Part shown: positions 9,232 to 18,777 of the stretch, piece after piece | How positions within the stretch are numbered: the stretch's first letter is position 1 | Layout: each line of letters begins with the position of its first letter | Assembly: GCA_003697105.1 (NCBI GenBank) | Contig: RFFQ01000003.1 | Coordinates: forward strand, 4,235-68,234 | Length of the DNA: 64,000 nt | Reading direction: 5' to 3' | Source of the DNA: Gemmatimonadota bacterium | GTDB lineage: Bacteria; 4572-55; J002 | The notes under the pieces: model-generated | The model's database searches: none | Told to the model about the DNA's origin: nothing | The model's input: the letters and a program-made list of their open reading frames with translations, nothing else | Translations under genes and position numbers: made by a program

Positions 9232-10878
9232 TTACGACGCACAACAACTGAGTTTATTCACATCTTTTCCAAAGGTGATTGCCGCAAGCTTAATACCTTC
9301 AGAAAGCGTTAAATACGGGTGAAAAGTTGAAATAAGTTGCGTGACGGTAATACCAAATTTAATGGCTAACGCAACCTCCATAAGTAATTCACCACCCTCA
9401 GAAGCTAGGATTCTCGCCCCAATAAGCTGATCCGTATGTTTATCCCGAATAAGTTTGATGAAACCTCTGGTATCCCGAGCCGCTAAGGATCGAGGCACAT
9501 AAGATAAAGGTAAAACGGCGACATCGGCTTCCATTCCCTGTTCTTTGGCTTGTTTTTCATCGAGTCCGACACCGGCAACTTGGGGGTCAGTAAAGATCAC
9601 CCAAGGCAGCGCCGTATAATCTTGCCGGCGATTCGCGCCGGTAAGTGCATTTTCCGCCGCTAAAGCCCCCTCATAAGCGGCAGTATAAACAAACTGGTAT
9701 CCGCCAATCACATCCCCAGCCCCATAGATATGAGAAACGGTTGTTCGTAAAGTATCATCTACCTTTAAAAATCCGTTTTCATCTAAATCAACACCGGCAT
9801 TTTCGAGACCCAGACCGGTAGTATTTGGTCGGCGTCCGGTAGCAACCAGAAGATGTGATGCCGCAAACGTCGTTTCCTCATGGTTGACCCTTGCTGTGAT
9901 CGTGATCAAACCGTTCGATGATTGAGCGTGAGTTAAGGTAGCACCCGTAACCACCTGAATCCCTTCATCCTGAAGGTAACGGGTTAATTCGTCGGTTAAA
10001 TCGGCTGTTTCAGAGGGTAAAATACGAGATGAGCGTTGTAAAACCGTTACCTTTGTCCCCAATCGGGCAAACATTTGTGCCAGTTCCAAAGCAACGTAGC
10101 GACCCCCCAAAACAATTAATGATTCGGGTAATTCGTTTAACTCAAAAGCGGTTTCGTTTGTTAAATAATTACAGGTTTCAAGACCCGGTATCGGTGGTAT
10201 TGATGGCGCGGCGCCGGTAGCAATCAGTACTTTATCGGCTTTGACGCGTTCGCCATTGACTTCAACGGTATCTGAAGAAATGAATTTACCTGTACCTGTA
10301 ATATACCGGAAGTTGGGTAAATCAGAGACAACATCGGTATATTTCGCCTGTCTGAGGTTTTCCACCAACTCGGTTTTCTGTTGGATAATCGATTTAAAGT
10401 CCGTAACCCGGCTAGTCCCCTCAATACCCTGAAAGTGGTGATGGTTCGCCCGATAATGTGCCTCAGCCGCCCGAATTAACGTTTTAGAAGGCACACAACC
10501 CACATTCACACAGGTACCACCTATCGGGAGACCGTCGTTGATCAGGGTAACAGTCGCCCCCAGTTCATTAGCTTTTAATGCCGCTGAAAACGCCGCTGAA
10601 CCCCCTCCAATAATGACCAAATGTTGGCGGTGACCGTCACCCGTAAGTATATGGCTCGGATAACCCGCATCCGACACAACACTCGCTAGAGTGTCTGGAT
10701 GTGTCTTTTCAGCATCATATATCACCGTTGCCTGTTTATGGGCTAAATCGACCACAGCAGATTGCACCCCATCTACCGTTGCCAGTGCTTTTTCCACTTG
10801 CGAAGCACAGCTAGGACACGTTATACCTTCTACCTGTAAAATTGCACTTTGCTGGCGAGTCGTACAGCATGCTTCCAT
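9232..10878 (-). CDS. merA: Mercuric reductase MerA (N-terminal HMA domain plus pyridine-nucleotide disulfide oxidoreductase)
   Basis: N-terminal GITCPSCASQVEKAL heavy-metal-associated motif. Class-I redox-active disulfide GGTCVNVGCVPSK. FAD- and NAD-binding Rossmann segments. Diagnostic C-terminal vicinal cysteines (...KLSCCAS). Confidence 0.9.
   Translation of the reverse strand: MEACCTTRQQSAILQVEGITCPSCASQVEKALATVDGVQSAVVDLAHKQATVIYDAEKTHPDTLASVVSDAGYPSHILTGDGHRQHLVIIGGGSAAFSAALKANELGATVTLINDGLPIGGTCVNVGCVPSKTLIRAAEAHYRANHHHFQGIEGTSRVTDFKSIIQQKTELVENLRQAKYTDVVSDLPNFRYITGTGKFISSDTVEVNGERVKADKVLIATGAAPSIPPIPGLETCNYLTNETAFELNELPESLIVLGGRYVALELAQMFARLGTKVTVLQRSSRILPSETADLTDELTRYLQDEGIQVVTGATLTHAQSSNGLITITARVNHEETTFAASHLLVATGRRPNTTGLGLENAGVDLDENGFLKVDDTLRTTVSHIYGAGDVIGGYQFVYTAAYEGALAAENALTGANRRQDYTALPWVIFTDPQVAGVGLDEKQAKEQGMEADVAVLPLSYVPRSLAARDTRGFIKLIRDKHTDQLIGARILASEGGELLMEVALAIKFGITVTQLISTFHPYLTLSEGIKLAAITFGKDVNKLSCCAS
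10713..10776. repeat. HMA-module nucleotide repeat, copy A (in the merA 5' region)
   Basis: About 64 bp (cctgtttatgggctaaatcgaccacagcagattgcaccccatcta) recurs at about 10966-11031 at roughly 93% identity. Both copies encode IDGVQSAVVDLAHKQATV of an HMA domain. Confidence 0.7.
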
Positions 10879-10880
10879 TG

Positions 10881-11480
10881 TCAGTCTCCTTTATCGGTTA
10901 ATACTTTGGCAGAATATCCGGCCTTTGCGATCGCCTCAACGAGCTCGGCGGGATGGACGTGGCGATCATCATACGTCACCGTCGCCTGTTTATGGGCTAA
11001 ATCGACCACGGCAGATTGTACTCCATCTATTTCGATCAAAGCATGCTGGACATGTGCCACACATCCGGCGCAGGTCATACCTTCCACAGATAACGTGACC
11101 TGAGCAAACGAAAGGTTCGATTCCACCGTATCTACCGGTCGAACAAATGCGCCACTGTAATACGGAAAGGTCACTAATCCGATAATCACAGGTGCAAGCA
11201 CCCATAGAAGAATTTTATTGAGTTGGTGTGTTTTGGATGCGGTCTTGGTGTGACACCCACATGAATCTGCATTCTTTGGTTTGCGGTAAACAATGTAAAA
11301 CGCGGTGAGGAACAACCCAATGGTTAAACCGACAAAAAGAGGACGGTAGGGTTCTATCACACTGGCAAAACCCACACTACCAAACCCCAATAGCGTAACC
11401 GCCAACGGTAAAATACAACATGAGGAGGCGGCAACGGCGGCTACGACAGCACCGAGAATGGGAAGTTGGTCGAATTTCAT
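10881..11480 (-). CDS. merT: MerT-MerP fusion: mercuric ion transporter with C-terminal periplasmic HMA metallochaperone domain
   Basis: The first transmembrane helix carries the MerT Cys pair (ASSCCILPLAV), and a second Cys pair (DSCGCH) lies in the cytoplasmic loop. The C-terminus carries GMTCAGCVAHVQHAL, the MerP GMTCxxC motif. The gene is 2 nt from merA. Confidence 0.75.
   Translation of the reverse strand: MKFDQLPILGAVVAAVAASSCCILPLAVTLLGFGSVGFASVIEPYRPLFVGLTIGLFLTAFYIVYRKPKNADSCGCHTKTASKTHQLNKILLWVLAPVIIGLVTFPYYSGAFVRPVDTVESNLSFAQVTLSVEGMTCAGCVAHVQHALIEIDGVQSAVVDLAHKQATVTYDDRHVHPAELVEAIAKAGYSAKVLTDKGD
10966..11031. repeat. HMA-module nucleotide repeat, copy B (in the merT-merP fusion 3' region)
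   Basis: Near-identical to 10713-10776. It encodes the C-terminal MerP-like HMA domain of the MerT-MerP fusion. Confidence 0.7.
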
Positions 11481-11548
11481 GAAATACCCTCCTTGTAGAT
11501 TATGGTTTTAGAATAGTTGTGACGGATGTCAGATCACTAGGAGGTCTC

Positions 11549-11803
11549 TCACGATTGTCGTAACATCGTTGCTAAGGATTCTAGTTCATGTTCATGGGGG
11601 AGTCCAACAAGTACAACCGTTCCATTCACCACCAGAGAAGGAACTGCTTTCACGTCATATTGCGCGGCGAGAGCACAACAACTGCCATCCTTGCATTCTG
11701 AAGATCGGTGGACTTCAATTTCGACATCCGGAAAGTGATGATGAAGCCGTTGGAGCGTTTTGTCGCACAAGGGACACTCCGCACTAAAGAATTCAACCTT
11801 CAT
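11549..11803 (-). CDS. Small thioredoxin/glutaredoxin-like protein (CPLC redox motif)
   Basis: 84 aa: MKVEFFSAECPLCDK ... VPSLVVNG. It has a thioredoxin-like CxxC near the N-terminus and a cis-Pro-like VPS, placed between merR and merT. Confidence 0.55.
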   Translation of the reverse strand: MKVEFFSAECPLCDKTLQRLHHHFPDVEIEVHRSSECKDGSCCALAAQYDVKAVPSLVVNGTVVLVGLPHEHELESLATMLRQS

Positions 11804-11815
11804 CGTTAAGCCTCC

Positions 11816-12220
11816 TTAACTGGGAGGTTCAAGAGCCTCCAAAATCGGGCAATCACTTGTATTTTTACGATGTTCACAGCAGGTGACCAGCGTGGACAAG
11901 GTCTGTTTCATCCGCTGGAGAGACTGAATTTTCAGTTCAATATCCTGAATCTTTGCCTCTGCCAGACTCTTAACCGACTCACACGCCACATCCGCATGAA
12001 CCCGTAATGCCAGAAGTTCCGCGATTTCTTTGAGTGAGAAACCCAATTCTTGAGCATGTTTAATGAATCGAATTCGTTTCACGGTATCTGACGTGTACTG
12101 GCGATAACCTGACTCCGAACGTAACGGTTTCGGAAGGAGTTCTTGGCGTTCGTAGTAACGAATCGTCTGAATATTGACTTGGGCTTGTTTGGCTACTTTG
12201 CCAATGGTTAAATATTTCAT
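11816..12220 (-). CDS. merR: MerR-family Hg(II)-responsive transcriptional regulator
   Basis: N-terminal HTH (LTIGKVAKQAQVNIQTIRYYERQELL), a dimerisation helix, and C-terminal Cys residues (VACES ... TCCEH ... DCP) at the spacing of the MerR Hg-binding cysteines. It is co-directional with, and first in, the mer operon. Confidence 0.8.
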   Translation of the reverse strand: MKYLTIGKVAKQAQVNIQTIRYYERQELLPKPLRSESGYRQYTSDTVKRIRFIKHAQELGFSLKEIAELLALRVHADVACESVKSLAEAKIQDIELKIQSLQRMKQTLSTLVTCCEHRKNTSDCPILEALEPPS

Positions 12221-12236
12221 CGGATCACCACTTTAC

Positions 12237-12268
12237 AAAGTAAAGGTTATACTTAAGTATAGAGTCAA
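12237..12268 (-). promoter_or_regulatory. MerR-type promoter/operator: -35 TTGACT, 20-bp spacer containing a perfect 14-bp palindrome, -10 TACTTT
   Basis: The minus strand reads TTGACT-ctatacttaagtataacctt-TACTTT-(16 nt)-ATG(merR). The 19-20 bp spacer is over-long, and the palindrome TATACTTAAGTATA (12248-12261) sits between -35 and -10. This is the hallmark architecture of MerR-family activated promoters. A second dyad, CTTTAC-AAA-GTAAAG (12231-12245), overlaps the -10. Confidence 0.6.
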
Positions 12269-12447
12269 GCGTTTTTTCGACCTGATAGCGTCGTTCACCG
12301 TCACTGGACTACTCCCAGCCTCAACAACGTGCTGTTTTTTGGATATTTGCCAAACAGACCAGTCTCCGGCATATCGGAGATGTCACAATGGTAGAATCGG
12401 ACTGCCTGCCTGAAAAGCACCGGCAAGCCTGATTCGTACCCCCCAAT

Positions 12448-15400
12448 CTAGGTTACATCATGTTGAGAATGTTGAGAGATATTGAAATGAAATGTTGTCT
12501 CTTTAATCCAGCAATAGAGCGTGGGCACTACAAAGATGGTAATCACCACGACTAACATCCCACCAAATGTCGGGATTGCCATTGGCACCATGATGTCGGA
12601 CCCACGTCCGGTGGAGGTCAACACGGGCAACAGGGCGAGCACGGTTGTTGCCACGGTCATCAGTGCCGGGCGCACCCGGCGTTGGCCCGCTTCAATGGTG
12701 GCTTCCCGAATCGCATCGATGGATGCCGGAACGCGTTTGGCAAACGTCTGATCGAGATATGTAGCGATAATCACCCCATCGTCACTGGCAATACCAAACA
12801 ATGCCAAGAAACCAACCCACACCGCGACACTTAAATTGATCGGCTCAATCTGGAAAAGCTGGCGAAAGTCGATCCCAAAGAAGGAAAAATCCAAAAACCA
12901 GGACTGACCATACAGCCAAAGCAAAATAAACCCTCCAGACCACGCCACCAAAATCCCGGAGAAGACGAGGGCGGTCGTGGAAATCGACTTAAATTGAAAA
13001 TAGAGAATCAAAAAGATGATAAATAGCGCCACCGGTAGAATAACGGCCAGTTTTTTCTGTGCCCGAATCTGGTTTTCGTAACTACCGGCAAAGCGATAGC
13101 TCACACCGGCGGGTATCTCAAATTCGCCGCTTTCAATCTTCGCTTGCAGATAGGCTTGTGCCTGTTCGACCACATCGACTTCCGCAAACCCCGGCTTTTT
13201 ATCAAACGTGACATATCCGACTAAAAACGTATCTTCACTTTTGATCACCTGTGGACCCCGGACATATTGGATCTCTGCCAGTTGCCCCAGGGGAATCTGA
13301 GTACCTCCCACGGCGGCCACTAAAATGTCTTTCAGGTCTTCAATGTCGTCCCGCAATTCGCGGAGGTATCGAACCCGCACGGGATAGCGTTCGCGTCCTT
13401 CGACCGTCATACTGACCGGCTTGCCGCCAATAGCGGTCTCAATCACATCCTGAACCTGTTTGACATGGATACCGTACCGGGCGATTTTATCCCGGTCAAT
13501 ATGAATTTCCAGATACGGCTTACCGACAATCCGGTCTGCATTGACCGCCGCCGGCTCGATGGCGGGCACTTCCCGTAAAAATTGTTCGATCTGCAACGCC
13601 ACGGTTTCAATCGTTTTGAGATCGGGACCCTTGATTTTGACCCCCATCGGCGCTCGCATCCCGCTTTGCAACATAACAATACGGGTGGCAATCGGTTGTA
13701 ATTTAGGGGCTGAGGTCGTGCCGGGGATTTCCCCCGCCTTGACAATCTCATCCCAGATATCATCCGGGGATTGGATGCCCGTCCAGGCGCTCCGTCCCGG
13801 ATTCAGCGCGGGGTCTAGGGCCGGGCGCCATAACCGGAACGGCTGACCGTGTTCATCGGGGATTAACCGATTCTTTTCATCGCGCAGATACGTTCCCCGC
13901 ACTCGATATGGCTCACCGTCAGGGGCAAGTAAGGGCGTACCAGACACATCCCGAAAATAATCATTTTTAGTCCGGTCATATTTAAATCGCACCCGCCGCC
14001 CGTGCTCATCTCGTAAATATTCCGGTTTGTAGTTAATGATCGTCTCGATCATGGAGATCGGGGCGGGGTCAAGCGGAGTTTCTGCCCGGCCGAGTTTCCC
14101 CACCGCCTGTTCCACTTCCGGGATGGCATAAAACGCCCGGTCCTGGAGTTGTATCACGTCAAGTACCTCACCGATGGAAGCGTGCGGCATCGTGGTCGGC
14201 ATGTACAAAAACGAGCCTTCATCAAGCGGCGGCATAAACTCCTTACCCAGTCCCGGAAATTGGTGCAACACCACAGAAACCGGCTTCCAGCGCTTGACCG
14301 GCTGGGGCAACCAGCCAAACAGAGCATCAAAACCCAACCAGATCAGCCCTCCAAATAACACAATCAGCGCCGGAAGGCTCAAAAAAAGAATCTTATGGTG
14401 CAAACACCACCGTAAAATGGAGGGATACGCCCGTTGAAAAAGCAGAAAAAAGGTCAGAAAGCCGCCGAGGATCATCCCCACAAAAAGAGTGTTCCACAGC
14501 AAACCGCGTTCAACCCCCAAAGGTAGCCAGTGCCGGGTGAGTAAAATCAGAACTACCAAAACCACCAGATAATGGGTTAAGTAAGGTGACCATTTATACA
14601 GGTAAGAAAGCCACTTTTGGCGGGGTTGAGCGACAGGGCGGACGTCTTGAATAAAACCATTGATACCCATCAAGATCACCAACAACCCGATCCACAGATT
14701 CACCATAACGGCTAGGAAACATCCAAGCACTCCAATCAAACTATAGAACAGCCGCCGGACGTAAGCGCTACGCACCTTACCGGTAAATAACAGTTGCGCA
14801 AATGGCGGAATGATGGTCAACGCCACGATGATGGAGGCAAAAAGCGCAAACGTTTTGGTAAATGCCAGCGGCTTAAATAGCTTTCCTTCCGCCCCGATCA
14901 TGGTAAAGACCGGCAAAAAGCTGACAATAGTCGTCGAAACAGCCGTGAGTACCGCCGAACCAACCTCCGTTGATGCCCGGTAGATAACCTCCAGACGCGG
15001 TTCGTCGGGATCGGCTTCATCCAAGTGTTTGAGGATATTCTCACAAATGACAATCCCCATATCGACCATCGTCCCGATGGCAATCGCAATCCCGGACAGC
15101 GCAACAATGTTGGCATCGACTCCCGCATAGCGCATGGCAATGAAGCACATCAGCACGGCTAACGGGAGCAATCCGGAGATCAATATTGAACTACGTAAGT
15201 GCATCACCATCAGAATAACCACGATGATCGTAACCAGAATTTCGTCAGTGAGGGCACTTTCTAACGTGCCGAGGGTCTCATAGATCAAACCGGTACGATC
15301 ATAAAACGGGACAATGGTGACTTGGCTTACGGTACCATCAGCAAGTGTTTTTTTCGGTAAGCCGGGGGCGATTTCCGCAATTTTTTGCTTCACATTCTGG

Positions 15401-16362
15401 ATGGCTTCCAAGGGATTTTCGCCGTAACGCACCACGACCACCCCGCCAACGACTTCCGCCCCCTCTTTATCCAGTGCGCCCCGTCGTAGCGCAGGACCCA
15501 AACTGACATGCGCCACATTTTTGACCAGTACCGGCACCCCATCCACAGCTTTGACAACCGCTTTTTCCAGATCGGATAATGCCTTTACAAAACCAATCCC
15601 GCGGATTACATACTCCACTTTATTGATTTCGATGGTGCGAGCGCCGACATCCAAATTTGACATACGTACGGCATTAATCACGTCAGTAAGCGTGATGCCA
15701 TAAGCACGCATGGCATCGGGGTCCACATCAATTTGATACTCCTGCACAAAACCACCAATCGACGCCACTTCACTGACTCCTGCGGCAGATTGCAAGCCAT
15801 ATTTCACGTAAAAATCTTGAATGGTACGCAGTTCGTGCAAATCCCAACCGCCGGTCGGGTTTCCTTGCGGGTCGCGCCCTTCCAAGGTGTACCAAAAAAC
15901 TTGTCCCAGTGCGGTGGCATCCGGACCAAGACCCGGACGAACCTCCGGGGGCAACGTGTTGGGGGGAAGACTGCTCAGTTTCTCTAAAATTCGGGAACGA
16001 GACCAGTAGAACTCCACATCTTCATCAAAAATGACATAAATTGTTGAAAAACCGAACATGGAGTAACTCCGGATCGTCTTCACGCCGGGAATCCCGAGTA
16101 ACGCAACGGTCAACGGATATGTCACTTGATCTTCCATATCCTGCGGCGAACGTCCCATCCATTCCGTAAAGACAATCTGCTGATTTTCACCGATGTCTGG
16201 GATGGCATCTACGGGCACGGGGTCCCGGGGCAACCCCCCCAGTTGCCAATCAAAGGGAGCCGTCATCAATCCCCATCCGACAAAAAGGATGAGGACGAGG
16301 ATAACCACAAATTTATTTTCTAAGCAAAATCGAATCAGGGTATCTAAAGGTGATGTTTTCAT
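12448..16362 (-). CDS. Heavy-metal-efflux-type RND permease (CusA/CzcA family), extended 1304-aa form
   Basis: The N-terminus (LIRFCLENKFVVILVLILFVGWGLMTAPFDWQLGGLPRDPVPVDAIPDIGENQQIVFTEWMGRSPQDMEDQVTYPLT) matches HME-RND. It is about 250 aa longer than canonical CusA, with extra hydrophobic helices and a large periplasmic insertion (...YKPEYLRDEHGRRVRFKYDRTKND...). Confidence 0.8.
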   Translation of the reverse strand: MKTSPLDTLIRFCLENKFVVILVLILFVGWGLMTAPFDWQLGGLPRDPVPVDAIPDIGENQQIVFTEWMGRSPQDMEDQVTYPLTVALLGIPGVKTIRSYSMFGFSTIYVIFDEDVEFYWSRSRILEKLSSLPPNTLPPEVRPGLGPDATALGQVFWYTLEGRDPQGNPTGGWDLHELRTIQDFYVKYGLQSAAGVSEVASIGGFVQEYQIDVDPDAMRAYGITLTDVINAVRMSNLDVGARTIEINKVEYVIRGIGFVKALSDLEKAVVKAVDGVPVLVKNVAHVSLGPALRRGALDKEGAEVVGGVVVVRYGENPLEAIQNVKQKIAEIAPGLPKKTLADGTVSQVTIVPFYDRTGLIYETLGTLESALTDEILVTIIVVILMVMHLRSSILISGLLPLAVLMCFIAMRYAGVDANIVALSGIAIAIGTMVDMGIVICENILKHLDEADPDEPRLEVIYRASTEVGSAVLTAVSTTIVSFLPVFTMIGAEGKLFKPLAFTKTFALFASIIVALTIIPPFAQLLFTGKVRSAYVRRLFYSLIGVLGCFLAVMVNLWIGLLVILMGINGFIQDVRPVAQPRQKWLSYLYKWSPYLTHYLVVLVVLILLTRHWLPLGVERGLLWNTLFVGMILGGFLTFFLLFQRAYPSILRWCLHHKILFLSLPALIVLFGGLIWLGFDALFGWLPQPVKRWKPVSVVLHQFPGLGKEFMPPLDEGSFLYMPTTMPHASIGEVLDVIQLQDRAFYAIPEVEQAVGKLGRAETPLDPAPISMIETIINYKPEYLRDEHGRRVRFKYDRTKNDYFRDVSGTPLLAPDGEPYRVRGTYLRDEKNRLIPDEHGQPFRLWRPALDPALNPGRSAWTGIQSPDDIWDEIVKAGEIPGTTSAPKLQPIATRIVMLQSGMRAPMGVKIKGPDLKTIETVALQIEQFLREVPAIEPAAVNADRIVGKPYLEIHIDRDKIARYGIHVKQVQDVIETAIGGKPVSMTVEGRERYPVRVRYLRELRDDIEDLKDILVAAVGGTQIPLGQLAEIQYVRGPQVIKSEDTFLVGYVTFDKKPGFAEVDVVEQAQAYLQAKIESGEFEIPAGVSYRFAGSYENQIRAQKKLAVILPVALFIIFLILYFQFKSISTTALVFSGILVAWSGGFILLWLYGQSWFLDFSFFGIDFRQLFQIEPINLSVAVWVGFLALFGIASDDGVIIATYLDQTFAKRVPASIDAIREATIEAGQRRVRPALMTVATTVLALLPVLTSTGRGSDIMVPMAIPTFGGMLVVVITIFVVPTLYCWIKETTFHFNISQHSQHDVT

Positions 16363-16510
16363 GAGGTTACATCCTATACTGACAAGGTGATAAAATCCGG
16401 GTATAATTCCGTTTCGCTAACCGGTTTGACACCCACACGGCAGTGAATCATGCCAACCCCAAACGTAAAAAGTGGTAGCGCGGCACAACCCACCGTGCCA
16501 GCAAGTTTGA

Positions 16511-18712
16511 TTAGCGTAGCAGGATCAACGGCTGCTGATCGACCTGGTCGTCCACCTGAAGTTGCAACAGATAGAAGCCGCTCTTCACGGGCATTCCCTG
16601 TGAGTCAATCCCTCGCCAAATCAGGGAATAACGCCCTGCGGACTGGTGATACCGAAAAGATCGCCATACCAAGCGACCCGTAGCATCATATATGTTAAGA
16701 TACACACTTGCTGAGGTAGTGAGATCATAACAAATGGAGGTATGGGGATTGAAAGGGTTCGGGTAACTTGGAAGCAACCGGAATCTTGCCGGAGTCCCGA
16801 TGTTAGCCGGTGCCGGGTTAAGAGCAACCATCTCATCTTCAAACTGAAGAACCCGCAAGCCCGTCCCATAATTTCCAACCGTGACATAATCCCCGGAAAC
16901 AGAAACTCCCACCAATTGACCCGGCGTATTAAAAAAGCCGGCTTCTTCAATGTGGAAGGGGTCACTCACATCAAAAACAACAAGCCCATCCCAATTGCAG
17001 GCGGCATAGGCAAAATCCCCCACAACATCCACCTGCCAGACATAATCTTCAACCAGATGGTGTCCCAATTCCACCGGTTCTTGATCCTGTTGAACATCGT
17101 AAATACGCAACCCCCCCTCCATCGCGCAGACATACGCTAAATTGCCCTGCACCTGAACGTCCCGCGCCACGCCGGGCGTTGCGGTTGAGCTAATCTCTTG
17201 TGGCAGGGTCGGATCACTGACATCAATGATCTGCAAATAACCCGTTAGAAAATCCGGTTGAATGACTGCTAGATAAAGGCGGTCACCCGCTACATCTAAC
17301 CCAAAAGCGCGGTGATCCGGTGGTAACGGGTATGACCCAACTTCCTGTGGATTTGCCGGATCGGAAATATCAATCACCCGCACGCCCGCGGCATAAGCGG
17401 CAACATAGGCATAATCACCAGAGACATGAACATCCTTCGCCTGGTCCGGTAGGGCAACAGACCCGATCTCAACCGGAGCCGCGGGATCGCTGACATCAAT
17501 CAGATATAGGGCACTACCGGAATAATCGGGAGAATCTAACGTGAGATACGCCACCTGCCCTTCAACCGTCACACCCCAAGAGAAACCTTCCGCCTCAAAC
17601 TGGCCGGCAAGTCTGGGATGTGTGGGGTCAGCCAAGTCATAAATCAGCAGTCCACCGAAATAATCTGAGACATACGCTATTTGATCCCGGGTAAGCACAT
17701 CCCAGGTATAAATCGGCGGCGTATATTGGGCAACTTCCTGAGGCGGAACGGGTTGAGAGTACCAGAACACCCCATCTTGATAATCGGTAAAAACAAGAAG
17801 GTCATTTGTTACGTCAAGTCCGCGGGGTTCCGGTGTGTTTAACAAACCAACGGGATTAATATTCTGAAAATCTGAGATGTCTAGGAGATGGATTCCATCT
17901 GTTTGGGTTGAAACATAGGCGGCCGTTTCTCCCACCACAAGCTCGGTAGCACCGGGCAGATGGTAAAATCCCACTTCCAGAAGTAATTCTGGATTGGAAA
18001 AATCCACGATAGAGACACCCAATGCCGCATCTGCAATAAATACAAAGGAGTCTCTCACAAAAAGGGAGCGGGGAGTTTCCAATTGGGAAAAAACACCGAT
18101 TTCCACCGGCATCTCAGGTGTAGTGAGGTCAAAAAGGTATAAGAATCCTCCGTCACCATCCGCTGCGAGAACAAAAAGCCGCTCATTTTGGGCGCTCACC
18201 CGCCCGACCGGTTCCGCCAGCGACAGGTAATCCAAAACCTGCGGATTCGCCGGATTGGAAACGTCCAAGATCGCCACATTTTGTTGTTCCACAACATAGG
18301 CGTACTGCCCGGCAACAGCGACATCAAAAATACGAGCTTCTGGATTAAAGGCGCCTACTTCCACCGGATTCAGCGGGTCTGAAACATCCACAATCCGCAA
18401 ACCGGCACTTTGGGCGGCAATATAGAGCAAATGACCCTCTTGAACCATTGCGGTCGCACGCTGATTGAATGCCGGGTCGTGAAAGGTCGCTACCGATCGG
18501 GGTTGAAGCGGGTCGCTGAAATCAATCACCGAGAGTAAAAAATCGTTAGTGACATCCGCCAGCACATACGCATACGGGTCATCTACAATCACGGAATGCG
18601 GTTGTCCGAGGGTGAGTTGCCCGACCGGCGTAACATTCCAACGGTCTTGGGCAACACCCACGGATGCGGCTATCATCAATAAAATCAACATACTAGAAAA
18701 ACAAAAACGCAT
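16511..18712 (-). CDS. Secreted LVIVD-repeat beta-propeller protein with T9SS C-terminal sorting domain
   Basis: Signal peptide MRFCFSSMLILLMIAASVGVAQ. Repeats of the type (Y)AYVA..GLR(I/V)(I/V)D(V/I)SDP.NP occur more than 10 times (LVIVD repeat). The C-terminus (YPNPFNPHTSICYDL ... LNIYDATGRLV ... GFYLLQL) is a T9SS C-terminal domain. It sits between the membrane-fusion and RND genes. Confidence 0.7.
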   Translation of the reverse strand: MRFCFSSMLILLMIAASVGVAQDRWNVTPVGQLTLGQPHSVIVDDPYAYVLADVTNDFLLSVIDFSDPLQPRSVATFHDPAFNQRATAMVQEGHLLYIAAQSAGLRIVDVSDPLNPVEVGAFNPEARIFDVAVAGQYAYVVEQQNVAILDVSNPANPQVLDYLSLAEPVGRVSAQNERLFVLAADGDGGFLYLFDLTTPEMPVEIGVFSQLETPRSLFVRDSFVFIADAALGVSIVDFSNPELLLEVGFYHLPGATELVVGETAAYVSTQTDGIHLLDISDFQNINPVGLLNTPEPRGLDVTNDLLVFTDYQDGVFWYSQPVPPQEVAQYTPPIYTWDVLTRDQIAYVSDYFGGLLIYDLADPTHPRLAGQFEAEGFSWGVTVEGQVAYLTLDSPDYSGSALYLIDVSDPAAPVEIGSVALPDQAKDVHVSGDYAYVAAYAAGVRVIDISDPANPQEVGSYPLPPDHRAFGLDVAGDRLYLAVIQPDFLTGYLQIIDVSDPTLPQEISSTATPGVARDVQVQGNLAYVCAMEGGLRIYDVQQDQEPVELGHHLVEDYVWQVDVVGDFAYAACNWDGLVVFDVSDPFHIEEAGFFNTPGQLVGVSVSGDYVTVGNYGTGLRVLQFEDEMVALNPAPANIGTPARFRLLPSYPNPFNPHTSICYDLTTSASVYLNIYDATGRLVWRSFRYHQSAGRYSLIWRGIDSQGMPVKSGFYLLQLQVDDQVDQQPLILLR

Positions 18713-18777
18713 GGATACCCCCATTAGTAGAAATGAATTTCACTATATACACACTTCGCCTTATCTTAACTTCATAA

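Noticed and set aside
12300-12447. Possible terminator or second promoter between the mer promoter and the RND gene end
   Set aside because: Only short 4-5-bp stems (CTCCG...CGGAG; CAGC...GCTG with a T-run) are present. They are too weak to call, and the orientation relative to the flanking genes is ambiguous.
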